The notes under the pieces are model-generated. The model saw only the letters and a list, made by a program, of their open reading frames with translations, did no database searches and was not told the origin of the DNA. A DNA stretch of 64,000 nucleotides from Macrostomum lignano. Lineage: Eukaryota. Made by a program: the position numbers and the translations under genes. This document shows, piece after piece, positions 1 to 14,900 of this stretch (its first letter is position 1; each line of letters begins with the position of its first letter). Where the stretch lies: the NCBI GenBank assembly GCA_002269645.1, contig NIVC01000031.1, forward strand, positions 682,001-746,000, in the 5' to 3' direction.

Positions 1-129
1 AACTAGTTTTAAAACGAGCTCATTGGTCATACTAGCCACTATTTAGCAATTAAAGCATTATGATGCGTAAGACAAGTCATAAATAATCACTAAAAGTGCT
101 CATAAATCATATTAAAATAATTTGTACAG

Positions 130-3100
130 CCTGCAGCCCAGCAGACCCGCAAACGAGCAAAACCAGCTGACTCCAGAAGCCTACAAGCATCTTAACTCTC
201 TCCGATCCGAACTTGCTGACGCCTTGGCCGCTCTGTCGAATCACGTGCCCGGCTCTCGTCAAGTAGACAACGTGATCCAGCTGATCACCCAGCGTCAGCA
301 TCAGCTGCAGATGAATCCGGCTAATGCTGCCGGTGCCGATTCGGGTCGATTTTTGGACTACGCTGGACTGCCTGATGGTGCCGAGTACAGCAATTTGCAG
401 ACTGACTTCACTAGCGCTGCGGTAAATTTGAATCAGGCCACTGGCGATCTGGTGCACAACTCGTCTGCTGGTTGGTTCTTTGTGGAATTTGTAACGCTTT
501 TGTAATGTTGCTTATTTAGTTTCAGAGTGTGGTTGTAATATAACTATTTTTGTTGGCATTTGATCATTTTTCTGCTCATTTAGTCATACTAGAGGTCATG
601 TTGGTCATAGTGATAGGACCAATGGGTCATAGTGTGGGTCATGTCTGTCATAGTGATATGGCCAGTGAGTCATGGTATGGGTCATGTTGGTTGTGGTGTG
701 GGTCATATTAGTCATAGTGATGCGACCGATGGGTCATGCTGGTCATAGTATGGGTCATTTTGGTCATAATATATGGGTCATTTTGGTCATAATTTGTGGG
801 TCATTTTGGTCATAATATATGGGTCATTTTGATCATAATATATGGGTCATTTTGGTCATACTATATGGGTCATTTTGGTCACAGTATGGGTCGTGATGGT
901 CATAGTATGGGTAATTTTGGTCATTAGTCATTAGTATAGTATAAGTCAATCATAATCATAATATGGGACATTTAATCTGTGTTTTGTAATAATCTAGTCA
1001 TAAAATTGATCATTTTTTTTTCGCGGTCATAATGAAGTCATAGTATAGGTCATTCTATTCAGTTTATGGTGTTAATATAGATTAGTTTTGAAGCTTTGAT
1101 CATGGCCTAATCGAGACACCTAAGTAATTTGACGTAAAAAATTACCTAATACCTAACCTTTAGGCAACGCTCAAAACCTGGTGCATTCTACGGTGCAATT
1201 CGGCGAATGCTACGATAATTTTGTTGACACCGGAGCTAATTTGGTTCGCGCCACCGAGGAACCGGTATCGCGTCAGACCCTGGCCCAGGGACTCAATCAC
1301 GTGTCCGATAAGTCCAATCATATGCTGCTGGCAGCCAAGAATGTCTGTCAAGATCCGTCAGCTACTCAGTCGAAGCTAAATTTGCAGGTACGAAGTTACG
1401 GAACTCTTGACTGTTGCTAAGGGTGTCAGTAGTATGGTTGCTAGGGTGTCAGTAGTATGGTTGCTAGGGTGTCAGTAGAATGGTTGCTGGGGTGTCAGTA
1501 GTATGGTTGCTGGGGTGTCATTAATATGATTGCTAGGGTGTCAGTAAAATGGTTGCTAGGGTGTCAGTAGAATGGTTGCTAGGGTGTCATTAATATGGTT
1601 GCAAAGGTGTCAGTAGTATAATTGCTAAGGGTTTCAGTAGTATGATTGCTAAGGGTGTCAGTAATATGGTTGCTAGGGTGCCAGTATAATGGTTGCTAGG
1701 GTGTCATTAATATGGTTGCTAAGGTGTCAGTAGTATGATTGCTAAGGGCGTCAGTAGTATGATTGCTAAGGTTGTCAGTAGTATGATTGCTAAGGGTGTC
1801 AGTAGAATGGTTGCTAGGGTGTCAGTAGTATTTTTGCTAGGGTGTCAGTAGTATGGTTACTAGGGTGTCAGTAATATAGTTGCTAGGGTGTCATTAGTAT
1901 GGTTGCTAGGGTGTCAGTAGTATGATTGCTAAGGGCGTCAGTAGTATGGTTGCTAAGGGTGTCAGTAGTATGGTTGCTAAGGCTGTCAGTGGTATGGTTG
2001 CTAGGGTGTCAGTAGTATGGTTGCTAGGGTGTCAGTAGTATGGTTGCTAGGGTGTCAGTAGTATGGTTGCTAAGGCTGTCAGTAGTATGGTTGCTAGTGT
2101 GTCAGTAGTATGGTTGCTAGGGTGTCAGTAGTATGGTTGCTAGGCTATCATCAAGTATGGTTGCTAGGCTGTCAGTAGTATGGTTGCTAGGCTGTCAGTA
2201 GTATGGTTGCTAGGCTGTCAGTAGTATGGTTGCTAGGGTGTCAGTAGTATGGTTGCTAGGGTGTCAGTAGTATGGTTGCTAAGCTGTCAGTAGTATGGTT
2301 GCTAGGCTGTCAGTAGTATGGTTGCTAAGGCTGTCAGTAGTATGGTTACTAGGCTGTCAGTAGTATGGTTGCTAGGGTGTCAGTAGTATGGTTGCTAGGG
2401 TGTCAGTAGTATGGTTGCTAAGGGTGTCAGTAGTATGTTTTTTAGGGTGTCATTAATATGGTTTCCAGGGTGTCATTAATGTGGTTGCTAAGGGTGTCAG
2501 TAGTATGATTGCTAAGGGTGTTCATTAATATGGTTGCTAGGGTGTCAGTAGTATGGTTACTAGGGTGTCAGTAATATGGTTGCTAAGGCTGTCAGTGGTA
2601 TGGTTGCTAAGGCTGTCAGTAGTATGGTTGCTAGGGTGTCAGTAGTACGGTTGTTAAGGCGTCAGCCGTATCCAAGACATAGGTTGTCAGCTAGACGCAA
2701 TTTGTTTACAATCAGCAACTATCAAATTATGAGTTTCTCATCCCAATCAAACTCGCAATAAAACCGCAGGCCGCAGCCCGCCTAGTAACCGAATCAATCA
2801 ACAACATGATCGCCGTTGTCACCTGCAACGAAGAATCCGCCGAAGAGCGCGTTTGCGACTCGGTACTGAACAGATTACAATCGATTCCACCCGCTGTGCA
2901 GCAGGCAACCAGAAATCCTGCCAGTTCAGACGGCTACTACCCGTCACTGAGCGGCATCATCGGTCAGACTGAGAGTCTAGCCGAGAGTATGAGCGAGATT
3001 GCCCGATGCAGTGTAGATGGCAACGCCCAGGGATTTTGTCAGTACGCGCAAATATTTGGCGAATCTGTTTATAAAGTTGCCGCTTATCACGCTGCTCAGG

Positions 3101-6100
3101 TGAGAACGTGTTTGAAATTTGTCAGCTTTGTCAATATTTGTGTTAGGAGGGGCGCTGACAAAGTTGGCAGAAGGCGCCAAAATTTGTCAGGAAGGGCGCC
3201 AACATTAGTGTCAGGAGGGGCGCCAACATTATTGTCAGGAAGGGCGCCAACATTAGTGTCAGGAGGGGCGCCAACATTGTTGTCAGGAGGGGCGCCAACA
3301 TTGTTGTCAGGAGGGGCGCCAACATTGGTGTCAGGAGGGGCGTAAAAATTGGTGTCATGATGTGTACTAATTTAAGTGTCAGGAGGCGCCGTAAGTGTCA
3401 TGAGGCGCCAGTAAAAGTGTCAGGAAGCGTCGGAAGTTGTTCTGAAGCTTTCACGAAAGAAAATTGTGTACAATTTTTGTCGATCAACACAAATACCCCC
3501 CCCCCCAATCCCTAATCCCATCAGTGCGTCTACCTAGTTGGCGTCGCCGACCCCATGTCGGTGCCCGGCCGTCGGCCAGTTATCGACGCGGACCTGATCA
3601 AAGGCCAGCTAGACGAAGTGCGCACAGCCTGTGCCTCTGTGCGCCACGTGGAGTCAGATAACAAGCCGGTAAGTCTGTCGCTTCTATATTGAACTTCATG
3701 TACACATTATCTAAACTTCTCATCGAGATTAAAAAATAGCTCAGTATTAAACAGTGCTGTATAAGACCACTTCCTGATGTGCAACCAATGTGCAAAAGTT
3801 CGACATGAGTACGAAGTTGTCCAATATTAAATAGGTCTGTCTATTTAGTGGACTGAACTAGTTAGCATTTTATTTAATTTGCACTAATTAGCCATCTCAC
3901 TCACTCACTATCTCATTCAATCACTCAATCACCCACTTATTTACTCACTCACTCACTCACTCACTCACTCACTCACTCACTCACTCACTCACTCATCATT
4001 CACTCACTCACTCACTCACTCACTCATTCACTCATTCACTCACTCACTCACTCACTCATTCACTCATCATTCACTCACTCACTCACTTACTCACTCATTC
4101 ACCCACTCAATCACCAACTCATTTACTCACTCATTCATTCACTCACTCACTCATTCACTCATAATTCATAATTCACTCACTCACTCACTCATTCACCCAC
4201 TCAATCACCCACTCATTCACTCACTCATTCACTCATTCACTCATTCTCTCACTTACTCATTCACTCATTCACTCATTCACTCACTTACTCATTCACTCAT
4301 CCACTCATTCACCCACCAAATCACTCAGTCACACACCAACTTATTCACTCACTCACATTCACTCATTCACTAATTGGCCTGCTTGCGCACTCACTTATTA
4401 ACAGTGATGATTAAAAACTAGGTGTTGCAACAATATGAAAACTATTACCTTCACATGTATGATATTGTCAGTTTTCTATAAATTTACACGGAAACTAATT
4501 CGTAATATACTTCTTATATTTGATTAGATTACAGTTTTACTAATATAAAATTTCAGCCCTTACAACTGAAAGCACTGGTGAGTATACTGTCTGCATTTAG
4601 GTTAAAAAAACCACGAAACTCTGTTTAATTCGTTTCGCAAATAGTTGTCAATAAAAGAAAAGAAAAATAAAATGATAGACCAGTGGCAGTACCTAATACA
4701 GGTATTTTTCTATTGTGCTTTGTAGTTTCGTAATATTGATTATTCATTTATTCTTCATTTAAATGTGACTCAGCCCCCTGCTGGATGCGTTCGTTCCATG
4801 TTCGGATTGCCATTGACTTCAGTGTTACCTGTTCCTGCATTTGTTCTCCGTGTCACCACTCATTCACTCTTTCACTCTCAGCACTCAATCACTCTCACCA
4901 CTCATTCACTCCCACCACTCATTTACTCTCAACACTCATTCACTCTCACCACTCATTCACTCCCACCACTCATTCACTCTCTTCACTCATTCACTCGCAC
5001 CACTCGTTCACTCTCATCACTTCATTCACTCTCACCACTATTTCACTCTCACCACTTTTTCACTCTCACCCCTCATTCACTCTCACAAGTCATTCAGTCT
5101 CACCACTCTTTCACTCTCAGCACTCAATCACTCTCACCACTCATTCACTCCCACCACTCATTCACTCTCACCACTTTTTTACTCTCACCCCTCATTCACT
5201 CTCACCCCTCATTCACTCTCACCCCTCCTTCACTCTCACCACTAGTTCACTCTCACCCCTTATTCACTCTCACCACTCATTCACTCTCACCACTCATTCA
5301 CTCTCACCACTCATTCACTCTCACCACTCATTCACTCTCACCACTCATTCACTCTCACCACTCATTCACTCTCAACCCTCATTCACTCTCACCCCAGATT
5401 CACTCTCACAAGTCATTCACTACGTCCTTTTTTGTCTTGGAAGCAAAGTTCTAGTTTTTCAGCATTATAAATTTTATTGCGGTAAATCAACTGTTCAAAA
5501 AAAGAAACCACTGGATATAATTTATGTTTAAATTAAGTTTATATCAACTTTGAATTGACATTCTGCCATAATTAAAATGACAAGATTTTATATCTGACTC
5601 AAATTTTCGTAATACTTTTTTCGGAGGAAGTTCTCAAACCGTCGGATTGAATGATTTTGTTTAAATTCTGCAGTTTTGTAGTTAAATTTTGTTTTAAATA
5701 TTCAATCAAGCCGTTAATTTTTTTCTAAATTTATTAATTTTTGCTGTGCTTTTACTATTAACAGATCTATCGGACAGCCCAGATCATTGCCAAAGCAGCT
5801 GGTGCCATTGTGTCGCATTGCAAATCAGCCAAAGGCAACAGCAGCGGCAGTGAAACCATTGGTCGTCGGGTTGTACAACTGGCTAAAGATGTCGCATTGG
5901 AGACCAGTAATCTGGTTAATACGGTTCGAGTAAGCATGTCTGCGCTAATACATAAATATCATTTCCTTATTTTTCTACTGACTAGAATACGTCAGTAGGC
6001 TGTTAGAGATTTATTAAATATTTTTTCTATAGTTGATCAGGTGTCTCAGCCTGCGATTCACAGCCATAGGGCCAACCTCCACTGCACAGAAGGAGTGTAC

Positions 6101-8361
6101 ATGCCTGGTGATTAAAAAGTTAACGTTGGCGATGATAATACTGGTAATTTAGTATCTATTTTTAGTACCAAAAAATGGCTGTATCTTTTAATCAGTAACT
6201 TAAAGTAAGCAACAATTTGAGCCCTAAAAGGAGCCGTTTTGTGTCTTTTACCCAAGAAACTGAAATAAGAGACGATATGACTCCTTAAAAGGGCCGTTTT
6301 GTGTCTTTTAATCAGAAAGATGAAGTAGGAGATATTGTAAGGTTTTTAAACGGCCCTTTTGTGTCTTACTTGGAAAGCTAAAGTAAAATATAATGTCGGT
6401 CCTGAAAAGGGCCGTTTTGTATACTTTACTCTGGAAGCTGAAATAGGAAATCATGTCGGTCCTGAAAAGGGCCGCTTTGTATCTTTCACTTAGTAACTTA
6501 AAGTAAGAGACAATTCTGAAAGGGCTGTTTTGTATCTTCTAATCAGTAACCTGAAGTACTGTAAGATACAAAATGAGTCCTGAAAAGGGCCGTTTTGTGT
6601 ATTTTACTTCATGTTAGACTATGAGTCATGGAAAGGGCCGTTTTGTATTTTTTACTCAATAGCTTTGATTAAGCCCGGAAAAGGGCCGTTTTAACACTCG
6701 CTGTCAGGTTGTTTTAAAAAGGCATTTTTTTTATTTCCAGGAAATGGAGAACGATTTCGAAAAACTCAAGCCACACTTCAACGATCAAGCGGCTAAACTG
6801 TGCGAAGCCATCGAGAAACTCTACTCGCTTGCCGGCGGGTCCGAGTGCGCTGGCTACTCTGCTCAGGTTTCCGATTCGGGACTGCGAGCTCAGGAGCCGC
6901 TAATCGCCTGCACAGACCGCCTGACTGAGGCCGCTATTTTGTTAATCAAAGCGGCCAGGCATTTGAGCGCCCGTCGTAATGATTCGAGAATGTACGAGAG
7001 CTACAGTAGCAGCTCGAAGGCTGTGTCTGATGCTGTGAAACTGCTTGTTACCGTTATCAGGTGTGTTGTTGGGTCTGTTGGGATATATTATTTGGGATAA
7101 AATGGGAGATTTTTACACCCTAGATTCCAAAATGGGGGATTTTTTATCCCCATTCCCAATCTAGGTTTCTTATCTCACATTCCAAAATGAGAGATTTTTG
7201 CATCCTAGATCCCAAAATGGGAGATTTTATATCCCTGATCCAATAGTAGTAGATTTTAAACCCAGATCCCAAAATGGGAGATTTTATATCCCTGATCCGA
7301 CAGTGATATATCTTTATTCCCAGATCCGAAATAGGAGATTTTTACATCACGGATCTCGTAACAGTAAATTTTTAATCCCAGATCACAAAATGGGAGATTT
7401 TAAATCCTAATCCGATAATAGTAGATTTAAAATCCCAGATCCCAGAATGGGAGATTTTTACATCCCCATTCTCAACCTAGGTTTTTTAACCCAGATCCAA
7501 AAATGGGAGATTTTTACATCCCAGATCCCAAAATGGGAGATTTTACATCGCAGATCCCAAAATAGTAGATTTTTAATCCCGGATCCCTAAATGGGAGATT
7601 ATATATTCCTGATACAAAATAGTAAATTTTTAATTAGCATGATTATTAATCAAGCTATTAATGATTATTAATTGATTATTATTTTGATAATTAGCTTGAT
7701 CCCAAAATGGAAGATTTTATATCCTTGATCCCAAAATAGTAGATTATTAATCCCTGATCCCAAAATGGGAGATTTTTAATCCCAGATCCCAAAAAAGGAG
7801 ATTTTTTATCAAAGATCCCAAAATGGCCGCTGAAACAGCGCACTGTTATTTACTTGATCTCCCGGCACCAAATTGCAGAGACATGGCTCCCGGTCGTAAA
7901 GAAATAAGCGAAGCGATCGATTCCACTCGATCAGCCCAGCAACAGTTGCGCAATCTCGAATTGGATGGCCGAGCCAATCTGGGCAGTCATCAGCACGGAG
8001 ACGGCAGCAACCCCTGCATGCAGCAGATGTCCACCAGCGCCAGCTACATTGTCAACTTGCTGCCGGCTGCTGAGGCCGCTGCCCTGGCCGAACCCGAGAC
8101 CCTGGCTCACTCAGTCACCAACATGAGCAGCTACTTGACTGCGCTGAAGGACGCCTGCATTGGCAGTCAGCAGTGCGCCCCGCCTCAGGAGCAGGAGGCC
8201 CTGTTTGATCAGACCAAAACTGTGCTGGAGGCTGCCGAGGCCTTCTTGGAAGGTGCTTTGCGGGGTTGGGGTCTGTCTGTCTGCCTGTCTGTCTGTCTGT
8301 CTGTCTGTCTGCCTGTCTGTCTGTCTGTCTGCCTGTCTGTCTGTCTGTCTGCCTGTCTGCC

Positions 8362-8410
<49 letters not shown>

Positions 8411-8441
8411 GCCTGTCTGTCTGTCTGTCTGCCTGTCTGCC

Positions 8442-8482
<41 letters not shown>

Positions 8483-8557
8483 GCCTGCCTGCCTGCCTGT
8501 CTGTCTGTCTGTCTGTCTGTCTGCCTGTCTGCCTGTCTGTCTGTCTGCCTGCCTGCC

Positions 8558-8590
<33 letters not shown>

Positions 8591-8597
8591 GCCTGCC

Positions 8598-8638
<41 letters not shown>

Positions 8639-8665
8639 GCCTGTCTGTCTGTCTGTCTGTCTGCC

Positions 8666-8710
<45 letters not shown>

Positions 8711-8804
8711 GCCTGCCTGCCTGCCTGTCTGTCTGTCTGTCTGTCTGCCTGCCTGCCTGCCTGTCTGTCTGTCTGTCTGCCTGTCTGTCTGTCTGTCTGT
8801 CCGT

Positions 8805-8864
<60 letters not shown>

Positions 8865-8911
8865 GTGTCTGTCTGTCTGTCTGTCCATCTGTCTGTCTGT
8901 ATGTCTGTCTT

Positions 8912-8948
<37 letters not shown>

Positions 8949-11900
8949 ATGTCTGTCTTTCTGTTTGTCTGTCTATCTGTTTGTCTGTCCTGTCTATGTG
9001 TCTGTCTGTCTGTCTGTCTATCTGTCCATTTTAATACTAATCTATATCCATCTACATATCGTACAATGTAATTCTTTGAATACAGACTATCGTATATATT
9101 CTGTCTTGATATTATAAGTAGTATTAATAGCAAGAAGCTAAAATTTGTATCAAAACTCCATCAATACCCCTATCAAACCCGCAGCCTGCCACCAGACCGG
9201 CGGCAACCCAGAAGTCGGCTCGGCCGCCCGAGATGCCCTGCGCGAGTCGCGTGAAATCCTCGAAGACGCCTGCCGCGAACTGCTGGACACCCTGGCCGCA
9301 GTCGTGGCTTCCGGCGGAGATTACAGCTTCCTAACGGAAGCGATTGAGAAAGACATGGACCGGGTTGAGGCTCCCTACGGCGACCTTGCCGCATCGGCTT
9401 CATTGAATTTAGTCGATTTTCAAACTCGAATCGTCCGGATCTGTGCAGATATTCGACGTACGCATCAGGATCTGTGCGCCGCCGTGTCTGCCGAAGGCGT
9501 AGCAGATGCTGGTCAGCTTCATCAACTAGCTGAGCAGTACAGAGCCCTGGTGGCCGAAGCTCGCGGCGCCATGGCCACCTGCCGGAGCGCGGACACTGAA
9601 CGACGCATGAGCCGGGCTCTGCTAGCCATTGGCCGGGACTGCCTGGACACCGCACAGCTGCACTCGGCTCTGCCTTCGGCTGAACATGCCGACCGTCTGG
9701 TCATGCAGGTGCAGCCTCAGCTGGCCGAACACTTGGCTGAACTGCTCAGCCCGCTGCAGGCATCGCATCGGGGCACTCAGGCTTGCATCAATGCCGCCAA
9801 TACAGTGTCTGGCATCATCTCGGACTTGGACACTACTATCATGTTCGCCTCAGCTGGCACTCTCAATGCGTTCGATCGGTCTACCTTTACTGAGCATAGG
9901 TTTGTTATAATTATTGTGTTTTTTTCAATCTTATATTCTAACGTGTTTCTTAGAAAAAAACGACGACTCCCCTGAGCAGGCGCACACCTCACACAGGAGT
10001 GTACAGCAGCCCTATTAACTTTATTTATCGTTAGGCATGTACACTTCACTGTGCCTTAATTGGGGGTCACGAGCAGCGCCAAGCAATGATTAAATTTTAG
10101 CCCCAAAAATTAAAGGAACTATAAATGTCTTTATTTCTACTTACAGTAGACGTTAAGCATTTTAACGATATCTTTATTCGAGGGTTCAAAATTAAAATAA
10201 CGTCATTGTAGTACTTAATCATATAATAATCAGTTGCACGCATATAGAAATTAGAATTTTGTCAATTATTGCTAGGATTATTGATTTCAATCAATATTTT
10301 TATTTGCTTTTATTCGTCCAGTTCCGCTTTAGCAGAGCAGCAGCAAAGTTACGAATTACCAATAGTGCCAGTGCAGACCTACCAAGCGGCTTACAGTATT
10401 GAAAGGTTCGGTTATATAGTAGTAATTATAATTGCGTGCTAGTGCTGTAGATTGAAGATGTATCTTTTTTATTTACATTGAAACGGATTTGAATTTGGCA
10501 CGATTGAATTGTTGAATTGAAGTATTGTTTAAATATCAAATTTATTCTTCCATTTCCTACTAATGTATTGACGCAGTGTTTTCCTTCTCAATTGCATGTT
10601 ACAAAAAATTGTACAAATTTTGAAGTGGTTTAGACATTTTTCTATATATCCAGCATGTTTAGGTTTGAAAAAATGCTTTTACTCTACTGACAGCTTGCGA
10701 AATCAGTAGTATGATTTTTAGCATTTAATATTTATCATTTGTTTATCTTGCAGGGACAGCATACTTAAAACAGCTCGGGCTCTTGTTGAAGATACCAAGA
10801 AGTTAGTTGCCGGTGCTGCTAGCAATCAAGAGGATCTGGCTAAGAGTGCTCAGGATGCTGTGGACTCCATCACTAGGCTCACTGATACCGTTAAATTTGG
10901 TGCAGCTTCATTGGGTACTGAGCAGAGCGATGCTCAGGTAAGAGGGTTATTGTTTTCACTTTGTTCTTGGCGATTCAACTTGGATTGGGGCTGGTGGGCT
11001 GGAAGATTTTTTTAGGTAGTTGAGGGCGATTTTCTCAGGTTGTTTAAGGCGATTTTCTCAGGTAGTTGCGGGCGATTTTCTCAGGTAGTTGAGGGCGATT
11101 TTCTCAGGTAGTTTAGAGCAATTCTCTCAAGTTGTTTAAGGCGATTTTTCTCAGGTAGTTGAGGGCGATTTTCTCAGGTAGTTGCGGGCGATTTTCTCAA
11201 GTTGTTTAGGGCGATTTTTTTCAGGTTGTTTAAGGTGATTTTCTCAGGTAGTTGAGGGCGATTTTCTCAAGTTGTTCAGGGCGATTTTTTCAGGTTGTTT
11301 AAGGCGATTTTCTCAGGTAGTTGAGGGCGATTTTCTCAGGTAGTTGAGGGCGATTTTCTCAGGTAGTTGAGGGCGATTTTCTCAGGTAGTTAAGGGCGAT
11401 TTTCTCAGGTTGTTTATGGCGATTTTCTCAGGTAGTTGAGGGCGATTTTCTCAGGTAGTTAAGGGCGATTTTTTCAGGTTGTTTAAGGCGATTTTCTCAG
11501 GTAGTTGAGGGCGATTTTCTCAGGTAGTTGAGGGCGATTTTCTCAGGTAGTTGAGGGCGATTTTCTCAGGTAGTTAAGGGCGATTTTCTCAGGTGGTTAA
11601 GGGCGATTTTCTCAGGTAGTTTAAGGCGATTTTCTCAGGTAGTTGAGGGCGATTTTCTCAGGTAGTTAAGGGCGATTTTCTCATGTAGTTGAGGGCGATT
11701 TTCTCAGGTAGTTGAGGGCGATTTTCTCAGGTAGTTTTTAGAGATGGTTATGGGCGATGCTTAGATGTGGTGGTTTTAATGCGATGCTTAGATAAGTTTC
11801 CTTCTGTCAATATAGGGTGAGTTGTAAAAAAATAGTGATTTAGCAATTATCCTGGACTCCAATCATGCCGCAATCCTCAAGGTGATGCTGATAAACGCTG

Positions 11901-14900
11901 CCCGGGATGTGGCCTCAGCCCTGTCCGAAATGATCTCGGCCACTAAGTTCGCCTACGGACGCGAGCCCAACGACCCGAGTATTGGCGCTTTGAAAGATTC
12001 CGCTAAGAATCTTGTCAGCAATGTCACCTCGCTGTTGAAGACTGTCAAGACTGTAGAGGACGAGTCCTGCAGAGGCACTCGAGCATTGGAGGCAGCCATC
12101 GATTCTGTCAATCAGGAATTGAAAATGTACGAAGGCGTTGAACTGCCTGAGGATCGTAAAGTGGTCACGCCTGATGACTTGGAGACTTTGAAGAATCCTA
12201 TTATCACAGGTGAGGAATGTGCTGCATGCAAATGGTAACTGCTCCCCGCCAAAACCACTTAAAAATCGCTCTCAAACCAACTTTTAACATCGCCTATGAA
12301 CCAACGATAAACATTACCTTTACAGCACCTATAAACATCCCCTTAAACCCCCTATAGCTCGTGAACATCGCCATTCAACTACCCTATAAACATCCCCTTA
12401 AACCCCCTATAGATCGTAAACATCGCCATTCAACTACCATATAAACGTCGCCCTTAAACCACCCTACAAACATCGCCCTTAAACTACCCTATAAACATCG
12501 CCCTTAAACCACCCTATCAACATCGCCCTTAAACCACCCTATAAACATCGCCCTTAAACCACCCTATCAACATCGCCCTTAAACCATCCTATAAACATCG
12601 CCCTTAAACCACCCTATCAACATCGCCCTTAAACCACCCTATAAACATCGCCTTTAAACCACCCTATAAACATCGCCCTTAAACCACCCTATCAACATCG
12701 CCCTTAAACCACCCTATAAACATCGCCCTTAAACCACCCTATAAACAACGCCCTTAAACCACCCTATCAACATCGCCCTTAAACCACCCTATAAGCGTCG
12801 CCCTTAAACCACCCTATAAACATCGCCCTTAAACCACCCTATAAGCGTCGCCCTTAAACCACCCTATCAACATCGCCCTTAAACCATCATATAAACATCG
12901 CCCTTAAACCACCCTATAAACATCGCCTTTAAACCACCCTATAAACATCGCCCTTAAACCACCCTATAAACATCGCCTTTAAACCACCCTATAAACATCG
13001 CCTTTAAACCACCCTATAAGCGTCGCCCTTAAACCACCCTATAAACATCGCCTTTAAACCACCCTATAAACATCGCCCTTAAACCACCCTATAAACATCG
13101 CCCTTAAACCATCATATAAACATCGCCCTTAAACCACCCTATAAACATCGCCCTTAAACCACCCTATAAACATCGCCCTTAAACCACCCTATAAACATCG
13201 CCTTTAAACCACCCTATAAACATCGCCTTTAAACCACCCTATAAGCGTCGCCCTTAAACCACCCTATAAACATCGCCCTTAAACCAACCTATCAACATCG
13301 CCCTTAAACCACCCTTTAAACATTGCCAGGCACGAGTCACGTGATGCACGCTGCCAACTCCAGCAAGCAGTCTGACGTGATGGCCGCCGCCAACACCTCG
13401 CGAAAAGCTGTGGCCGACTTGCTCTCTGGCGTGAAGCTGGCCTGCGCCATGTACTCCCAGCCAAATCAACAGCAGCAGCATCAGTCAGCCTCATCAGATC
13501 AGCCTCATGGCGGTAGATTTGTTGAAGGCCTCGACGAGCCGAGCTATCGACTGTACATGACAGCCAGAGATCTGTGCCACTGCTATTTGAATCTGATGCA
13601 GATGCTACTAGAAGTAATCAATTCGCCTAGTAAATCTGGTCGCAGCAAAATGGCCGGCCTATCGAGACAAATTGCCGACGCGCTGCAAGAATTAAATATT
13701 GTTATTCAGAGTATGCGAGGTGAGTTGATTCCAGCACAACTTATCTTTTTTAAAATGTTCAAATTTCGGTTGCAATATCCCAAGCTTGACTACTTATATG
13801 TATGCTTTTAAAAAAAAACAAAAGTAGTGCAGTGAGGATGTTACAGCAGCTATTAACTGCAGGTATTTTTTCAACGAAAAATAATACAGTTCGGTTGCAA
13901 TATTCCAAGCTTGACTACTTATATTCGTTTTTCATCAATAAAGAGTAGTGCAGTGAGGCGCTGTGCGCTGATAATTGAATTATCGTACGGTTATTTTATA
14001 ATACCAAGTTTGCATGCTTTGTATAATATTGTATAATGTAATTAACTGATTGGAACAAATATCAGCTTAGAGCATAATAATATTGGACATTTGCGGTGAA
14101 TCCAAGTGAATTAAGATAGTATTATTAGTATTACATCGCATAGTACAATAGAATTAGAATCATATTTAGTATATTTGGATGGATTAATTGAACTAATTTG
14201 TTATCAAAAGTTCTTTTTTTCTTAATGATAAACTTATAATATAATATTAACCACTACGCAATGTGTATAATATATTAATTAATAATAACACGTTTTCAGG
14301 TTTTTAGTCTTAAATTTCCATGTTCTCTCTTTATCCATCGCATTTTTTCAGTCGGACCCAAGCTTGTGATGTACTTCAGGCCAAGTGCCCCGCAATGTAT
14401 GTTCAATATAATATCATATTGGCGATTGTTACATAGCTAAAAATATTTATTTTTATTTATACTGATATATTCCTTTTTTTATAGATGGGTGATTTTGCTT
14501 GCTTACCTCTTTGTTTACGAGAAGTATTTTTTATTATACATGATTTTGATTCATTGATTTATTTACTGACTTGCTGGTTAGTTGACTGATTGGTTGATTG
14601 ATTGATTGGTTTATTGATTAATTGATTGATTGATTGATTGATTGATCGACTGAATGATTGATCGACTGATTGAATGAATGATTTATTTATTTATTTATTT
14701 ATTGACTAATTGATTGGCCTACTGATTGATTGATTAAATGACTAATTAGTTATCGACTGACTGACTAATTGATTGATTGGTTTATTGATTGACTGACTGA
14801 CTGATTGATTGATAAATACTTACTTAAAAATCTATCAAAGTGGCTCCTTAAGCAAATTCTGTTGTGAAGTATTTATTTTTGTTATTGTTTATTTTTTGTG

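Noticed and set aside
8111-9133. Long ORFs on both strands (CLSV / DRQT repeats), also at 19951-20534 and 63328-63609
   Set aside because: They are translations of (TCTG)n microsatellites lying inside phase-consistent introns; such repeats lack stop codons by construction.
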